DNA from: a virus
Strand: one strand, 5' to 3'
Virus record (IMG/VR): IMGVR_UViG_3300028585_000007
Length of the DNA stretch: 44,116 nt
Shown here: piece after piece, positions 8,612 through 17,989 of the stretch
How positions within the stretch are numbered: position 1 is the stretch's first letter
Layout: each line of letters begins with the position of its first letter
The notes under the pieces: generated by a model
Database searches by the model: none
What the model was told of the DNA's origin: nothing
What the model saw: only the letters and a program-made list of their open reading frames with translations
Made by a program: the position numbers and the translations under genes

Positions 8612-9214
8612 ATGCCCGCAATTAGCCAGCTTCGCATCCCCGCGCGACACCGCGCCACACTGCCCGAGCCGAAGGACGCGCGGTTCCCGTGCAACTTCTG
8701 CCGCACGAACGACCACAACCTGTGCCCTCGGGTGTACAGGAACGGGTCGGGATCCATCCACTTCTGCCCCTGCAACACTCAGCACGACCCTCGCGTGGTC
8801 CGGTGCACCGAGTGCTACAACACGAACGAGGGCGAGGTGGACACGAAGGTCTGGCTCTGCAACGACGTCGAGGCGTGCGGCGAGCGGATCATGCGCCGGG
8901 TCGAGAAGACCGAGGTGTACCAGCAGATCACGCAGGCTCAGGACTCCGCCCGCGAGAAGCAGATCGCGGAGGGCAAGCGCAAGCCCGCACGCCCGCGCGG
9001 CGAGGGTCGGCCCAAGACCGGCCAGTGCCTCTGCTGCGGCGAAACCACGGGCGGCGGCAAGTTCAAGCCCGGGCACGACGCGCGCATGGTCAGCCAGCTC
9101 GCGACCAAGGTCCAGGAGGGTGCCGACGCGGACAAGGTCAAAGCCGACTTCGCCGCGCTCGGTGTCTCCGACGCACTCCAAGCCAAACTCGCCAAGCGGA
9201 TCGGAAACCTGTGA
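8612..9214 (+). CDS. Cys-rich (multi zinc-ribbon-like) protein with a C-terminal CxCC...PGHDAR module (paralog family member 3)
   Basis: 13 Cys in the first 90 aa; C139-L-C-C...FKPGHDAR (aa 151-158). Confidence 0.7.
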   Translation: MPAISQLRIPARHRATLPEPKDARFPCNFCRTNDHNLCPRVYRNGSGSIHFCPCNTQHDPRVVRCTECYNTNEGEVDTKVWLCNDVEACGERIMRRVEKTEVYQQITQAQDSAREKQIAEGKRKPARPRGEGRPKTGQCLCCGETTGGGKFKPGHDARMVSQLATKVQEGADADKVKADFAALGVSDALQAKLAKRIGNL

Positions 9215-9474
9215 TGAACATCGAAGAGCACGAGGCCGAGTGGGCCAAGAAACGAGACGCGGAGGACGCGCAGAAGGCGGACGGCATGCTGAAATTGCTG
9301 TCGTTCCTCATGTTCGTCAGCTTCTGGATCTTCGCCGCGCTGGTCGTGAACAAGCTAGCCGACATCGTCGGTGCGAACGGCCCTGGCGTCGCCCTCATGC
9401 ACGTCCTGGCGTGCGGGTTCTCTGGCATCATCGCCTTCGCCTTCTACGCCACGCGCGCGGGTGGTGGCCGGTAA
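9214..9474 (+). CDS. Small membrane protein (2 TM)
   Basis: ATG 9214 overlaps TGA 9212-9214; LLSFLMFVSFWIFAALVV and VLACGFSGIIAFAFYA. Confidence 0.6.
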   Translation: MNIEEHEAEWAKKRDAEDAQKADGMLKLLSFLMFVSFWIFAALVVNKLADIVGANGPGVALMHVLACGFSGIIAFAFYATRAGGGR

Positions 9475-10101
9475 ATGCCCAAGATAGCAGGACGCAGGAC
9501 CTACAAGCAAGAGCGACCGTACCAGGACCTCTATGAGGCTCCCAAGGGTGACGGCCTCGACCCGCAGATCGACTACGACCACGCGGTCTACTTCGACCCG
9601 GGCAACCGGTATACCGGGGTCGCGATCTTCCAGCGTGACCCGCTCGATGACACCTGGGACTGCGTGGACGCGTTCACCTGGGACATCGAAGCCGAGGGCG
9701 CGAACATCGAGAAGCTGTGGAACTGGCTGTCGGCCTGCCTGGGTCGCGGTGAGTACGACATCGTCGGGTACGAGAAGTTCCGCCTGTTCGAGGACAAGGC
9801 CAAAGAGCAGACCGGCTCGGAGTTCGGCGCGTCGCAGCTCATCGGCGTGATCAAGTACCTTCACCACCGCAACATCACGATGAACCGGTGGCCTCGTCAG
9901 CCGGTGGAGCTGGTGCAGTTTCTCCCGGAAAACAAGAAGGCCGTCGCAGGTATAATGAAGAAGCGGGGGATCAGCTCGGAGGCCCGCCGTCGCGGCACCT
10001 TCGGTGATCACGCGTGGGACGCCGAACTCCAGGGCTACTACGACATCATCAAGAACCGAGGGTGGAACACCGCCCGCAAAGCACCGACAGAGAAGGAATA
10101 A
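9475..10101 (+). CDS. ruvC: RuvC-like Holliday junction resolvase
   Basis: VYFDPGNRYTGVAIF (catalytic Asp context), VGYEKF, and C-terminal GDHAWDAE, matching the RuvC-fold acidic residue pattern. Confidence 0.65.
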   Translation: MPKIAGRRTYKQERPYQDLYEAPKGDGLDPQIDYDHAVYFDPGNRYTGVAIFQRDPLDDTWDCVDAFTWDIEAEGANIEKLWNWLSACLGRGEYDIVGYEKFRLFEDKAKEQTGSEFGASQLIGVIKYLHHRNITMNRWPRQPVELVQFLPENKKAVAGIMKKRGISSEARRRGTFGDHAWDAELQGYYDIIKNRGWNTARKAPTEKE

Positions 10102-10130
10102 TAGCCTCCCTCTGCGGTGGCGTAACCATC

Positions 10131-10304
10131 ATGGCTTTTTCACCTCAAACACATCACACGCTGCGGGGGCAGGTTGGCCTCGCGTACCAGCCCGAGACTC
10201 AGGCTAAGACCTACGACAGCAAGTGCCGCAAGTCTTGCTGCTGGACCCCGTTCAAGTGCGCCAAAGACCTAAACTGCAACTGCCACAAGAAAGAGAGCAA
10301 CTAA
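10131..10304 (+). CDS. Small Cys-rich hypothetical protein (57 aa)
   Basis: Internal ATG of track ORF 10014-10304; the stop overlaps the next start. Confidence 0.4.
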   Translation: MAFSPQTHHTLRGQVGLAYQPETQAKTYDSKCRKSCCWTPFKCAKDLNCNCHKKESN

Positions 10305-10522
10305 TGCAAGGCACCGACACCGCCACTGACCTGCCGTCCATCAAGGACGCGCCGAACCGCCCGACTCACGCGATGCTCAAGGTGGGCAAGTCCGTGATCA
10401 AGACGAAGATCGACTGGGAGGCGTACGACCCCAAGAAGCCGGACCGGTTCACGGTGTGGGGCTTCAACAAGAAGTACGACGTCAGCCGCGCTCGCATCAC
10501 CTTCTGCAAGAAGATCAAGTGA
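10304..10522 (+). CDS. Hypothetical protein (72 aa)
   Basis: ATG 10304 overlaps TAA 10302-10304. Confidence 0.55.
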   Translation: MQGTDTATDLPSIKDAPNRPTHAMLKVGKSVIKTKIDWEAYDPKKPDRFTVWGFNKKYDVSRARITFCKKIK

Positions 10523-10911
10523 GCGCCCACGAGTCCCCGATGCCGGGGCAGGTGTACCAGACCGTCCAGGCCTTCACGTCGTACGACGCCGAGGTCGGGC
10601 GGTTTGAGACGCTCGACCTGGACAAGGCCCAGGTCATCACGTCCATGGTTGCCGGTGAAAGCGGTAACCACAAGGTGATCCTGGACATCGACCTCCCGGC
10701 ACAGTTGATCCCGTCTACGACTCCTGGCCACTTTCACCTGTACATCGACGTAGAGGTGCCCGAACCTGAGTACGTAAACATGCTGGAAGCCATGGCTAAG
10801 GCGGGCGTGATCGAAAAGGGTTACTACGGTGCCAGCAAAGAGCGTGGGTTCACTGCCGTGCGGCTCCCCTGGGTGAAGAAAGAGGCCCCGGTTGAACACC
10901 CCGGCGCCTAA
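10519..10911 (+). CDS. Hypothetical protein (130 aa)
   Basis: GTG 10519 overlaps TGA 10520-10522; ATG 10540 is an alternative start. Confidence 0.55.
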   Translation: MSAHESPMPGQVYQTVQAFTSYDAEVGRFETLDLDKAQVITSMVAGESGNHKVILDIDLPAQLIPSTTPGHFHLYIDVEVPEPEYVNMLEAMAKAGVIEKGYYGASKERGFTAVRLPWVKKEAPVEHPGA

Positions 10912-11027
10912 GGGCTGGTTCAACTGCTACTGCGGTCGCGTACACCCTTTGTCCTGGTTGGGGCGCACCGTGCCGTCCCACGAGCAGACTCTCAAATCCC
11001 AATCCCACACAATCAAGGAGATAAACC

Positions 11028-12056
11028 GTGCCAAAGAAAACCCCGGGTCCAGTCCTGCTCCCAGCGATCCCGCTGGTGAAGGACAACGTCCAACGTCTGC
11101 CTGAGTTCGCAGGGGAGGGCGGCACTCAGATCGTGTCGTACTCCGAGCTGGACTCGTACCGGCAGTGCCCGCTCAAGCACATGCTCTCGTACAAGGAGCG
11201 ATGGAAGAAACCGGTGGTCGAGGGTTCGCCCCTCCGACGCGGTTCGCTCTGGCACCTCGTGATGGAGGAGCACTACGGCGTGATCATGGCGTCGTACCCC
11301 AACGGTCGCGACCCGATCCCCGACTACCAGGTCGACCTGGTGCTGGAGAACGCCTGGGAGAAGATCAAGCCCCTGCTGTTCGACCCCCAGACCGGCAACC
11401 AGTCCCCCGACCAAGAACTCATCCAGTGGATGTACGAGGGTTACGTGGAGAAGTGGGGGGTGGACAACGACTGGCGCATCGTCGCAATCGAGTACGCCTT
11501 CGAGGTCCCACTGCCCGACAACCAGGGCCAGGTTTCGCGCTACATCCTAAAGGGCAAGATCGACATCATCGCCCAGTCCCGCGAGAACGGCGGTCTGTGG
11601 ATCTGGGACCACAAGTCGGGCAAGGACCTGCCGACCGCCATGGCCCTCGAAATCGACGACCAGTTCGGTGGCTACACCTACGCGCTGAACACCCTCGGCT
11701 ACAAGGTTCGCGGCTCGATGCACAACGCAGCGCGCACGACCCAGAACAAGGGCGACCTCCCCGGAGCGATCATCAAGGGCGCGGTCAAGAAGCAGACCCT
11801 CGAACAGCGCATGGGCCGGACCTTCCTCAACCGCACCGCGCGGGAGGCGCAGAACCTGGCCCAGGACGCGTGGGCGGTCGCGAGCAACGCGTACCCGGAG
11901 CCGGGGGCCGAACTCCCGCTGTACTCGTCGCCGGACGCCCGGTCGTGCGGGTGGAAGTGCGACTACAAGGAGATCCACATCATCGCGCGCCAGGGTCGGG
12001 ACATCCACGAACTCATGGACGAGTACGGGTTCTCCCAGGACTTCACGAGGCACTGA
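11028..12056 (+). CDS. Cas4/RecB-family PD-(D/E)XK exonuclease with Fe-S cysteines
   Basis: N-terminal QCPLKH Cys plus C-terminal CGWKCDY; IWDHKSGKD nuclease core; AAGGAG lies 7 nt upstream of GTG 11028. Confidence 0.8.
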   Translation: MPKKTPGPVLLPAIPLVKDNVQRLPEFAGEGGTQIVSYSELDSYRQCPLKHMLSYKERWKKPVVEGSPLRRGSLWHLVMEEHYGVIMASYPNGRDPIPDYQVDLVLENAWEKIKPLLFDPQTGNQSPDQELIQWMYEGYVEKWGVDNDWRIVAIEYAFEVPLPDNQGQVSRYILKGKIDIIAQSRENGGLWIWDHKSGKDLPTAMALEIDDQFGGYTYALNTLGYKVRGSMHNAARTTQNKGDLPGAIIKGAVKKQTLEQRMGRTFLNRTAREAQNLAQDAWAVASNAYPEPGAELPLYSSPDARSCGWKCDYKEIHIIARQGRDIHELMDEYGFSQDFTRH

Positions 12057-12307
12057 TGAGTCTCGCTACGAAGTTGGCGCTGAAAGACGCGATCCAAGCC
12101 CACCTGGCCGACGAGGTACCCGGTGCCCAGCTCGCGGAGTACGTCATCCAGGCGACTCACACGGACGGCACCGCCGACACGGTGGGCGCGGTCGCGTACT
12201 GGCGGGACGTGGACGCCGCCACGTTCCACTCGGTCCTCGGAATAGTGACCTACGCTTACGTGAGCGTCTCGACCGCAGCAGCGAGGAATGAGGGCTACGG
12301 TGATTAA
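12056..12307 (+). CDS. Hypothetical protein (83 aa)
   Basis: ATG 12056 overlaps TGA 12054-12056. Confidence 0.55.
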   Translation: MSLATKLALKDAIQAHLADEVPGAQLAEYVIQATHTDGTADTVGAVAYWRDVDAATFHSVLGIVTYAYVSVSTAAARNEGYGD

Positions 12308-12533
12308 GTACATCGCGGTGACGGTCTCGCACACCGGCACGACCCCGCCCAACGTGGTCCGCACCATGGCTTACGCCGAGGCCAAGCAACAGGCCAAGCG
12401 GGAGCACGCACTACTGTTGACTGACGCTGACGCGGCGAAGTCCGCCACAGTGGAGAGAATCCCTTTCATGCCGGGCGTCTCGCAAGTCACAAGCTTCACC
12501 TACGAGATTGAGATTGAGGATGGGGAAGCGTAA
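12288..12533 (+). CDS. Hypothetical protein (81 aa)
   Basis: Track ORF; 20-nt overlap with the upstream gene. Confidence 0.55.
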   Translation: MRATVIKYIAVTVSHTGTTPPNVVRTMAYAEAKQQAKREHALLLTDADAAKSATVERIPFMPGVSQVTSFTYEIEIEDGEA

Positions 12534-12681
12534 CCCGTTCTGGGTGACGTCTCATCGTGAGCGCGGGCGTGACCTGCACACGTGGCACTGCCGCCTCTGC
12601 CCCCGGCGCAAGGGCGGCTACCTCACTCAGTCCGAGGCTAACCTGAAAGCCAAGTCTCACTTCCGCTTCTCGCATCGCTGA
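12520..12681 (+). CDS. Small basic protein (53 aa), not in the ORF track
   Basis: Hand translation gives MGKRNPFWVTSHRERGRDLHTWHCRLCPRRKGGYLTQSEANLKAKSHFRFSHR. It overlaps the upstream stop and ends just before a hairpin. Confidence 0.45.
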   Translation: MGKRNPFWVTSHRERGRDLHTWHCRLCPRRKGGYLTQSEANLKAKSHFRFSHR

Positions 12682-12684
12682 ACT

Positions 12685-12738
12685 GGCGCGCGCCCCAACC
12701 CCTATGGTATACTAGCCGTAGGGCGCGGGGCGCGCGCC
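12685..12738 (+). terminator. Long hairpin with an extended -10 (TGGTATACT 12705-12713) inside its loop
   Basis: GGCGCGCGCCCC (12685-12696) pairs perfectly with GGGGCGCGCGCC (12727-12738), followed by TTT. Confidence 0.55.
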
Positions 12739-12756
12739 TTTAGAGTTAGGACAGCC

Positions 12757-12945
12757 ATGAGCAACACCAGCTACACCACGCACGAGAAGTCAGCGAGAGA
12801 GATACACGTCCTCCCGGTGGCGGATCTCATGGTCCACGAAGAAACCGAGGACTGCATCTGCGGTCCCCTGGTGCAAGTGGGTCCCGAAGGGGTGGTCGTC
12901 GGTCACCGCTCGCTCGACGGGCGAGAAGTACTTGACAAGCACTAA
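12757..12945 (+). CDS. Hypothetical protein (62 aa, HEETEDCICGP motif)
   Basis: Track ORF preceded by GTTAGGACAGCC. Confidence 0.6.
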   Translation: MSNTSYTTHEKSAREIHVLPVADLMVHEETEDCICGPLVQVGPEGVVVGHRSLDGREVLDKH

Positions 12946-12961
12946 CCCCGCATGATATACT
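12932..12961 (+). promoter_or_regulatory. Promoter (class GTACTTGACA)
   Basis: TTGACA 12932-12937 (inside the 3' end of the previous CDS), 18-nt spacer, TGA-TATACT ending at 12961. Confidence 0.7.
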
Positions 12962-12996
12962 AGTACTATCCCGCCCGATCCAGCAGAGGAAGATAT

Positions 12997-13968
12997 ATGC
13001 CAAAAGCCGCACCGACCGGGGACAAGACCCCGGCCAAGACCAAGAACGCCCAGCTCGAACTGGGAGGCGTGGAGTCCACGGCCTCCAGCCAGGACCTGTT
13101 CGGGGACATGGAAGACGTCGTCGAGTACGTCCGCGCCCTGTTCTACGGACAAGAGGGGTCGGGTAAGACCACCGCCGCTCTGCTCATGACCAAGTACGGC
13201 AAGGTGCTGGTGGTCGACGCTGAGGGTGGCCTCAAGAAGAAGGCCCTCGCGTCGCAGGGCGTGGACCTCAGCCTGGTCCGCACGTGGCCCCCCAAGGGTA
13301 CTGCGGTCACGGCAGGCGGACTCGACAAGGTGTACGACACCCTCAAGGCGGACCTCGAGAAGGACCCCGAGTCGTGGGCCGGGATCGTCATCGACTCCGC
13401 CACCGACACGGTTCAGGCGCTCACCGCCCAGGTGTCGAACAAGCGCATCGAGCGCAACCGCAATAAGGGTGCCGAAATCGAAGAGGTCGACGAGTACTTC
13501 ACTGATGTCGCCGACTACGGCACCATGTCGAAGATGTTCGTGGACAAGCTCCGCAAGTTCCGCGACCTGCCGCTCCACGTGGTCTACACGGCCCTGGAGC
13601 GCCGCGACGTCGACAAGAACACGAGTGAGGTGAGCTTCGGTCCCGCCGTCACGCCGGGTGTCGCGACTCCGCTCCTCGGCTACGTCGACATCGTGATGCA
13701 TTTCTCGGCGGACGACGGCGACGCCCCGTTCCGCTCGATCAGCAAGCAGTCGGGCAAGTACCGGACCAAGGACCGGTTCGGCACCCTGCCTCGTGTGCTG
13801 GCCTACCCGACGATGCCTCGCATCATCGACTACATCGAGTGCAACCTCGACGCAGCCACCGATCCGCTGCAAAAAGAACTTCCCGCTCCTCGGACGGGCA
13901 AGAAGAAAAAGGCGTCAGCCGACGACGCCCAGGTCGAGGAAACCACCCCGACCGACGCCACCGCCTGA
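12997..13968 (+). CDS. RecA-fold AAA ATPase (Sak4-like recombination/annealing ATPase)
   Basis: Walker A GQEGSGKTT, Walker B GIVIDSAT; followed by an SSB-like gene. Confidence 0.75.
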   Translation: MPKAAPTGDKTPAKTKNAQLELGGVESTASSQDLFGDMEDVVEYVRALFYGQEGSGKTTAALLMTKYGKVLVVDAEGGLKKKALASQGVDLSLVRTWPPKGTAVTAGGLDKVYDTLKADLEKDPESWAGIVIDSATDTVQALTAQVSNKRIERNRNKGAEIEEVDEYFTDVADYGTMSKMFVDKLRKFRDLPLHVVYTALERRDVDKNTSEVSFGPAVTPGVATPLLGYVDIVMHFSADDGDAPFRSISKQSGKYRTKDRFGTLPRVLAYPTMPRIIDYIECNLDAATDPLQKELPAPRTGKKKKASADDAQVEETTPTDATA

Positions 13969-13995
13969 TCCAGGCAACGAACAGAGAGAACCAGA

Positions 13996-14514
13996 ATGCC
14001 CAAGCTCAGCAAGAAGCTCACCAAGTCCGTCGCCAAGGCCGAGGCCCTCCAGGGGTTCAGCCTCATCGAGCCCGGCAAGTACTTCGCCAAGCTCAAAGAC
14101 GTCGAGGTCCGCGAGACGAACGCGGGCGGCACGATGTGGGTCGCGGTGTGGCACGACATCCGCCACGTCAAGACCGGCAAGAAGGTCCCCGGCCAGCAGT
14201 GGCAGAACCTCAACCTGCCCATGGACACCATGCCCGAGGGCTACACCAAGGGCGAAGAGAAGTTCAAGCAGGCCCAGGACATCTCGGCGGGTCGTCTCAA
14301 GGCGTTCTTCGAGGCGCTCGGCTACGAGGTCGACAGCGACACCGACGAGATGATCGGTGAGGTCGCGGTCATCCAGATCGCGGTCCGCACGATCAGCTCC
14401 GGCTCGCGCCAGGGTGAGAAGGCCAACGAGGTCAACGGCGTCGAGTCGGCCGAGGAGTTCGGCGACATCCCCGAGTCGGACGACGACGAGGGCGACGCCG
14501 ACAGCGACTACTGA
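13996..14514 (+). CDS. ssDNA-binding protein candidate (DUF669-like) with an acidic C-terminal tail
   Basis: The C-terminus is ESDDDEGDADSDY; the position immediately after a Sak4-like ATPase is typical. Confidence 0.55.
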   Translation: MPKLSKKLTKSVAKAEALQGFSLIEPGKYFAKLKDVEVRETNAGGTMWVAVWHDIRHVKTGKKVPGQQWQNLNLPMDTMPEGYTKGEEKFKQAQDISAGRLKAFFEALGYEVDSDTDEMIGEVAVIQIAVRTISSGSRQGEKANEVNGVESAEEFGDIPESDDDEGDADSDY

Positions 14515-14542
14515 GCGCTGACTCAGTAACACAGTAACACCC

Positions 14543-14615
14543 GGGGTGGCTACCGGTCCCAGCGTCACTCGCCCATGTGGGCTTCACCACTGGCTGGCGA
14601 ACTGGTAGCCACCCC
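14543..14615 (+). promoter_or_regulatory. Long-range inverted repeat upstream of the primase gene
   Basis: GGGGTGGCTACC (14543-14554) and GGTAGCCACCCC (14604-14615), a perfect 12 bp with 49 nt between them; tandem CAGTAACA x2 at 14524-14539. Confidence 0.4.
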
Positions 14616-14644
14616 ATCCATGTACCATCCCGATCAGGAGTCCC

Positions 14645-17344
14645 ATGAAACTGAGCGCCTCAACCACAAGCCGACTGCGGTCGGCGGAGGCTCCCACCAC
14701 TCTCACAACTTCGATGCTCGACTCAGCCCTGTCCCTCGCGGAGCAGGGCTGGAATGTTTTCCCCCTGCGACCTGGATCCAAGGTACCGCTCCTCCCGCGC
14801 GCCCACCCCAAGGGTGAGAAGTGCAAGGGTGAGTGTGGACGGGACGGTCACGGTGCCTATGACGGCACGACGGACGTCGCGAAGATCAGGCGCTGGTGGA
14901 GCGAGAACCCGCAAGCGGGCGTCGGCGCTAACCTAGGAGAAGATCGTGTCGCATTCGACATCGATATCAATCACGGAGCACCCAATCTTGCGTCCTTTCC
15001 AGACACTCGTCGCCACCTATCTGGACGGGGCAACGGCAACCACCACAAGATCTACCGAGTCGAGCCTGGCACGGCTGGCGGAGCTATTCGACCAGCTGTC
15101 GGAAGCATGTCGTTCGTGGCAGGTATCGACATTCGAGCGGGCCGTGGATCCTACATCGTCATGCCCCCCAGCCTTCACGAGGAGACGCGCCGACCGTACA
15201 CCGCCGACGCCGTTCCCGAACACACCCTCACCGACGACGAGGTCGCTGCAATCTGGGCTGAGGCGGGTGTCGAGCAGTCGGCCACGTCTAGAGCTGCCGC
15301 CCGGGGACTCAGCATCGTGGGTGGTGCTTCACGGTCAGGTCCGGGCGGTACGGGCAAGCCTGGGCACCTCTCGTCTCTGCTCGCTGACCCCCCTGCGGAG
15401 GGGGGCCGCAATGAGTGGTTGGCTCGTGTCGCCGGGCACTACGCTAAGATTTACCGCGACAAGCGCGACCTTTACGACGCCCACGTGTATCAGGCAAACC
15501 AACTCCTCAGTCCGCCACTCCCAGACGAGGAATACTCCAAAACCCTAGAGTCGATCTGGGACACGGAGGTAGTTTCCCACCCCGAGCGTGGCGCATCGCT
15601 GGAGAACGGCTGGTTGGTCGGGAACAAGCGCACCCTGTTCTGCCAGATCGTGGTTCAGGAGGGCGAGGACAAGCGAACGGACCTGGCTCCGTGGGGCGAC
15701 TTCGACATCGAGGCACTGGGTGTCGCGGTGGATGAGGTGGACAACCGCATGTACTGGGTCAGGATCTACTGGCGCGACCGGGTCATGGACACCACGCTAG
15801 ACGCCTCCGTACTGGGGGACGACCGCGCGATCCGCAAGTGGCTGGCCTCCCGTGGTCCCACCTTCGACCCGCCGTTCCAGGCCGCGCCTAAGACGCCTCC
15901 GGGCGTGCGCCTGTCGCGGTACCTTGAGAGCCAGCGTCCGCCTCAGGTTTCCATCGTGGAGACGCTGGGCTGGCACGAGGACCTCAAGAAGTTTGTGACC
16001 CACGACGGCGGCATCACGCCGGACGGTCCGATCACCAAGGAGGAGGCGGAGGTGGTGGCCGACCCGAAGCTGGTCGAGCGCGACCTCGCCCCTTACACGT
16101 ACGGTTTCGCCAAGGACTGGGATGAGGCCCAGCGCGTATTGAATGAGGTGCTGTCATTCCAGGACACGACAATCACATCGATCTTCGGAGCCTGGTGGGC
16201 GGCTTGTTTGCTCAAGCCCCAGATCCAGGAGCGAACCTCTCTGTTCCCGTTCTTCGGAGTGGAAGCGACCTCGGAGTCCGGGAAGACGAATGGCTTCTTC
16301 GACCTGATGGTGGCGATGAACGGGAACACTCGCGGACAGATCGTCCCCACCCGCCCCGTCCTGCGAGACTACGCGTCGGCGAACAAGAACGGGATCGTGT
16401 GGGCGGACGACCTGGACGACCTCAGCGCCTACGGCGAGCTATTGCGCGCCTCCACCTCGAACGGCACGGCGTCGAAGATGGACATCGACCGGTCGGGGAT
16501 CAAGAACACGCAGGTGGTCGCGCCGATCCTGATCACGGGTGAAGCCCTTGGTATGAACTCGCAGAAGGCGCTGGCCGACCGGTCGGTGGTGGTGAACGTG
16601 CCGTCGCCTAAGGGTCGCAAGTCGGTGCACGGCAACTACCCTCAGTGGGATGACGTGCTCGACCTTCAAGCAAAGTACCCCCGCCACAATGGGGGACTCT
16701 CCCAGCTCGCGGGTCATTACGTGCAGGCCGCGCTCGGGTACCGCGACGAGGTCATGTCCGCGCTGAAAATGGCGAAGCGCCAGGGCAGCGGGCGGCACGC
16801 GGACAAGCTGGCGGTACTGCGGGCGGGCGCGTGCCTGCTGGACGCCCTCTGCGGTCACGACGGGGCGTGGGAGGGCCAGGGAGAACACTACGGGCGGGTG
16901 CAGGCGTGGGCGGAGGAGGACGGCGCGCAGTCGCTCGCAGCCGACAACGCCCTCACGCTCAAGATCTTGCCGTGGGCGTGCCAGATCTTCACTGGTGACA
17001 AGCCGGTCGAGCACACGATGGGCCGGTGGCAGGGAATTGATGCCCCGGTATTCGTACGCAAGACTAAGCGTCGCACCGACGGTGGGGAGGGTCTTTCTTC
17101 TCCTGACGAGCCGACACACGAGGTGTGGTTCAGCGTGCCGCTCCTGTCCCTGGCGTGGGCGCGGGATCACGCGAACCGGATCGAGGTCCGCACGGAGTCG
17201 AAGGACGCGTTGACGCAGCAGGCGACGGCGCTGGGTGTGGATCGCGGGAAGGCGGTTATGGTGTCGGGCACGGGTCGTCGTGGTTGGTACCGGCAGTTGC
17301 CTCCTGAGTACGCGAGGGTTGTGCTGGAGCGCGCGGGGGGTTAG
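14645..17344 (+). CDS. Bifunctional primase-polymerase (AEP N-terminal domain) fused to a P-loop helicase/NTPase
   Basis: AEQGWNVFPLRPGSKVP, AFDIDINHG and SGRGNGNHHKIY (AEP motifs); central SESGKTNGF Walker A and VWADDLDD Walker B. Confidence 0.85.
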   Translation: MKLSASTTSRLRSAEAPTTLTTSMLDSALSLAEQGWNVFPLRPGSKVPLLPRAHPKGEKCKGECGRDGHGAYDGTTDVAKIRRWWSENPQAGVGANLGEDRVAFDIDINHGAPNLASFPDTRRHLSGRGNGNHHKIYRVEPGTAGGAIRPAVGSMSFVAGIDIRAGRGSYIVMPPSLHEETRRPYTADAVPEHTLTDDEVAAIWAEAGVEQSATSRAAARGLSIVGGASRSGPGGTGKPGHLSSLLADPPAEGGRNEWLARVAGHYAKIYRDKRDLYDAHVYQANQLLSPPLPDEEYSKTLESIWDTEVVSHPERGASLENGWLVGNKRTLFCQIVVQEGEDKRTDLAPWGDFDIEALGVAVDEVDNRMYWVRIYWRDRVMDTTLDASVLGDDRAIRKWLASRGPTFDPPFQAAPKTPPGVRLSRYLESQRPPQVSIVETLGWHEDLKKFVTHDGGITPDGPITKEEAEVVADPKLVERDLAPYTYGFAKDWDEAQRVLNEVLSFQDTTITSIFGAWWAACLLKPQIQERTSLFPFFGVEATSESGKTNGFFDLMVAMNGNTRGQIVPTRPVLRDYASANKNGIVWADDLDDLSAYGELLRASTSNGTASKMDIDRSGIKNTQVVAPILITGEALGMNSQKALADRSVVVNVPSPKGRKSVHGNYPQWDDVLDLQAKYPRHNGGLSQLAGHYVQAALGYRDEVMSALKMAKRQGSGRHADKLAVLRAGACLLDALCGHDGAWEGQGEHYGRVQAWAEEDGAQSLAADNALTLKILPWACQIFTGDKPVEHTMGRWQGIDAPVFVRKTKRRTDGGEGLSSPDEPTHEVWFSVPLLSLAWARDHANRIEVRTESKDALTQQATALGVDRGKAVMVSGTGRRGWYRQLPPEYARVVLERAGG

Positions 17345-17582
17345 CGGCGCTACAGCGGGCGCGGTGCTGCAGTGGCTCGGGAGCTGGGAAACCAACTCTC
17401 GGGCCACAGTAGTATATACGGTATCTAGAGATCAACCTCTGATTCCAATTACCCCTCTCCCACGGGGTATGCAGCACCCTACTCAGCACTCTCCGGCAAC
17501 CGCCGCTGTATCGCTGCCAACATTACCTTACCCCCCAATCCCCCGGAACGACGGGATCTCATAAATCATCTTCAAAAACATA

Positions 17583-17609
17583 TACAGCACTACAGCACTA
17601 CAGCACTAC
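17583..17609. repeat. Tandem octamer TACAGCAC x3 (+TAC) next to an AT-rich patch
   Basis: tacagcac tacagcac tacagcac tac read directly; preceded by tcataaatcatcttcaaaaacatat. Confidence 0.9.
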
Positions 17610-17698
17610 CTACGGCCCCCCACGTACGCCCTGGCCCGGGTACGCTCACGGGCGTGCCCGCCCAACCCCTGCCGCTCCGGGGCGCTGCTGCACCCCTA

Positions 17699-17728
17699 TT
17701 GCGGTCCTCATAACCTATATGGTATACT
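17699..17728 (+). promoter_or_regulatory. Promoter (class CTTGCGG); leaderless start
   Basis: TTGCGG 17699-17704, 18-nt spacer, TGG-TATACT ending at 17728; ATG 17735. Confidence 0.65.
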
Positions 17729-17734
17729 CGTGGT

Positions 17735-17989
17735 ATGGCAGACTACACTACACCTTGGGACCGAATTGACGACCTTGAGTCGGCTACCACCAGTGAGATC
17801 CTCACGTCGGTCCGCAAGGTGTCCAACACCCTGAACTCGATGCGTAACAAGATCGACTACGCGAACCAGACTGAGGTTCATTCTCGGCTGGGCCTGCGGC
17901 AGATCGACGAGCACAACGTTCGCGTCGCTCAGTACCGGGCGGGGTTGGTGTACATCGCGGAAATGATCCGCGAGCTGCTCGCCCGCTAA
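17735..17989 (+). CDS. Hypothetical protein (84 aa)
   Basis: Track ORF; the stop overlaps the next ATG. Confidence 0.65.
   Translation: MADYTTPWDRIDDLESATTSEILTSVRKVSNTLNSMRNKIDYANQTEVHSRLGLRQIDEHNVRVAQYRAGLVYIAEMIRELLAR

Noticed and set aside
10519-10911. AEP primase-like motifs (ILDIDLP ... TPGHFHLYID)
   Set aside because: The DxD-like and sGxH-like strings are only ~10 aa apart, and the protein is 130 aa. This is incompatible with an AEP catalytic domain, and a genuine prim-pol is present at 14645-17344.
10892-11104. 70-aa ORF bridging the 10911-11028 gap
   Set aside because: Only its first ~25 codons have genome-typical codon usage. It would overlap the Cas4-type gene by 77 nt and run through that gene's SD. 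It is left unannotated as uncertain.
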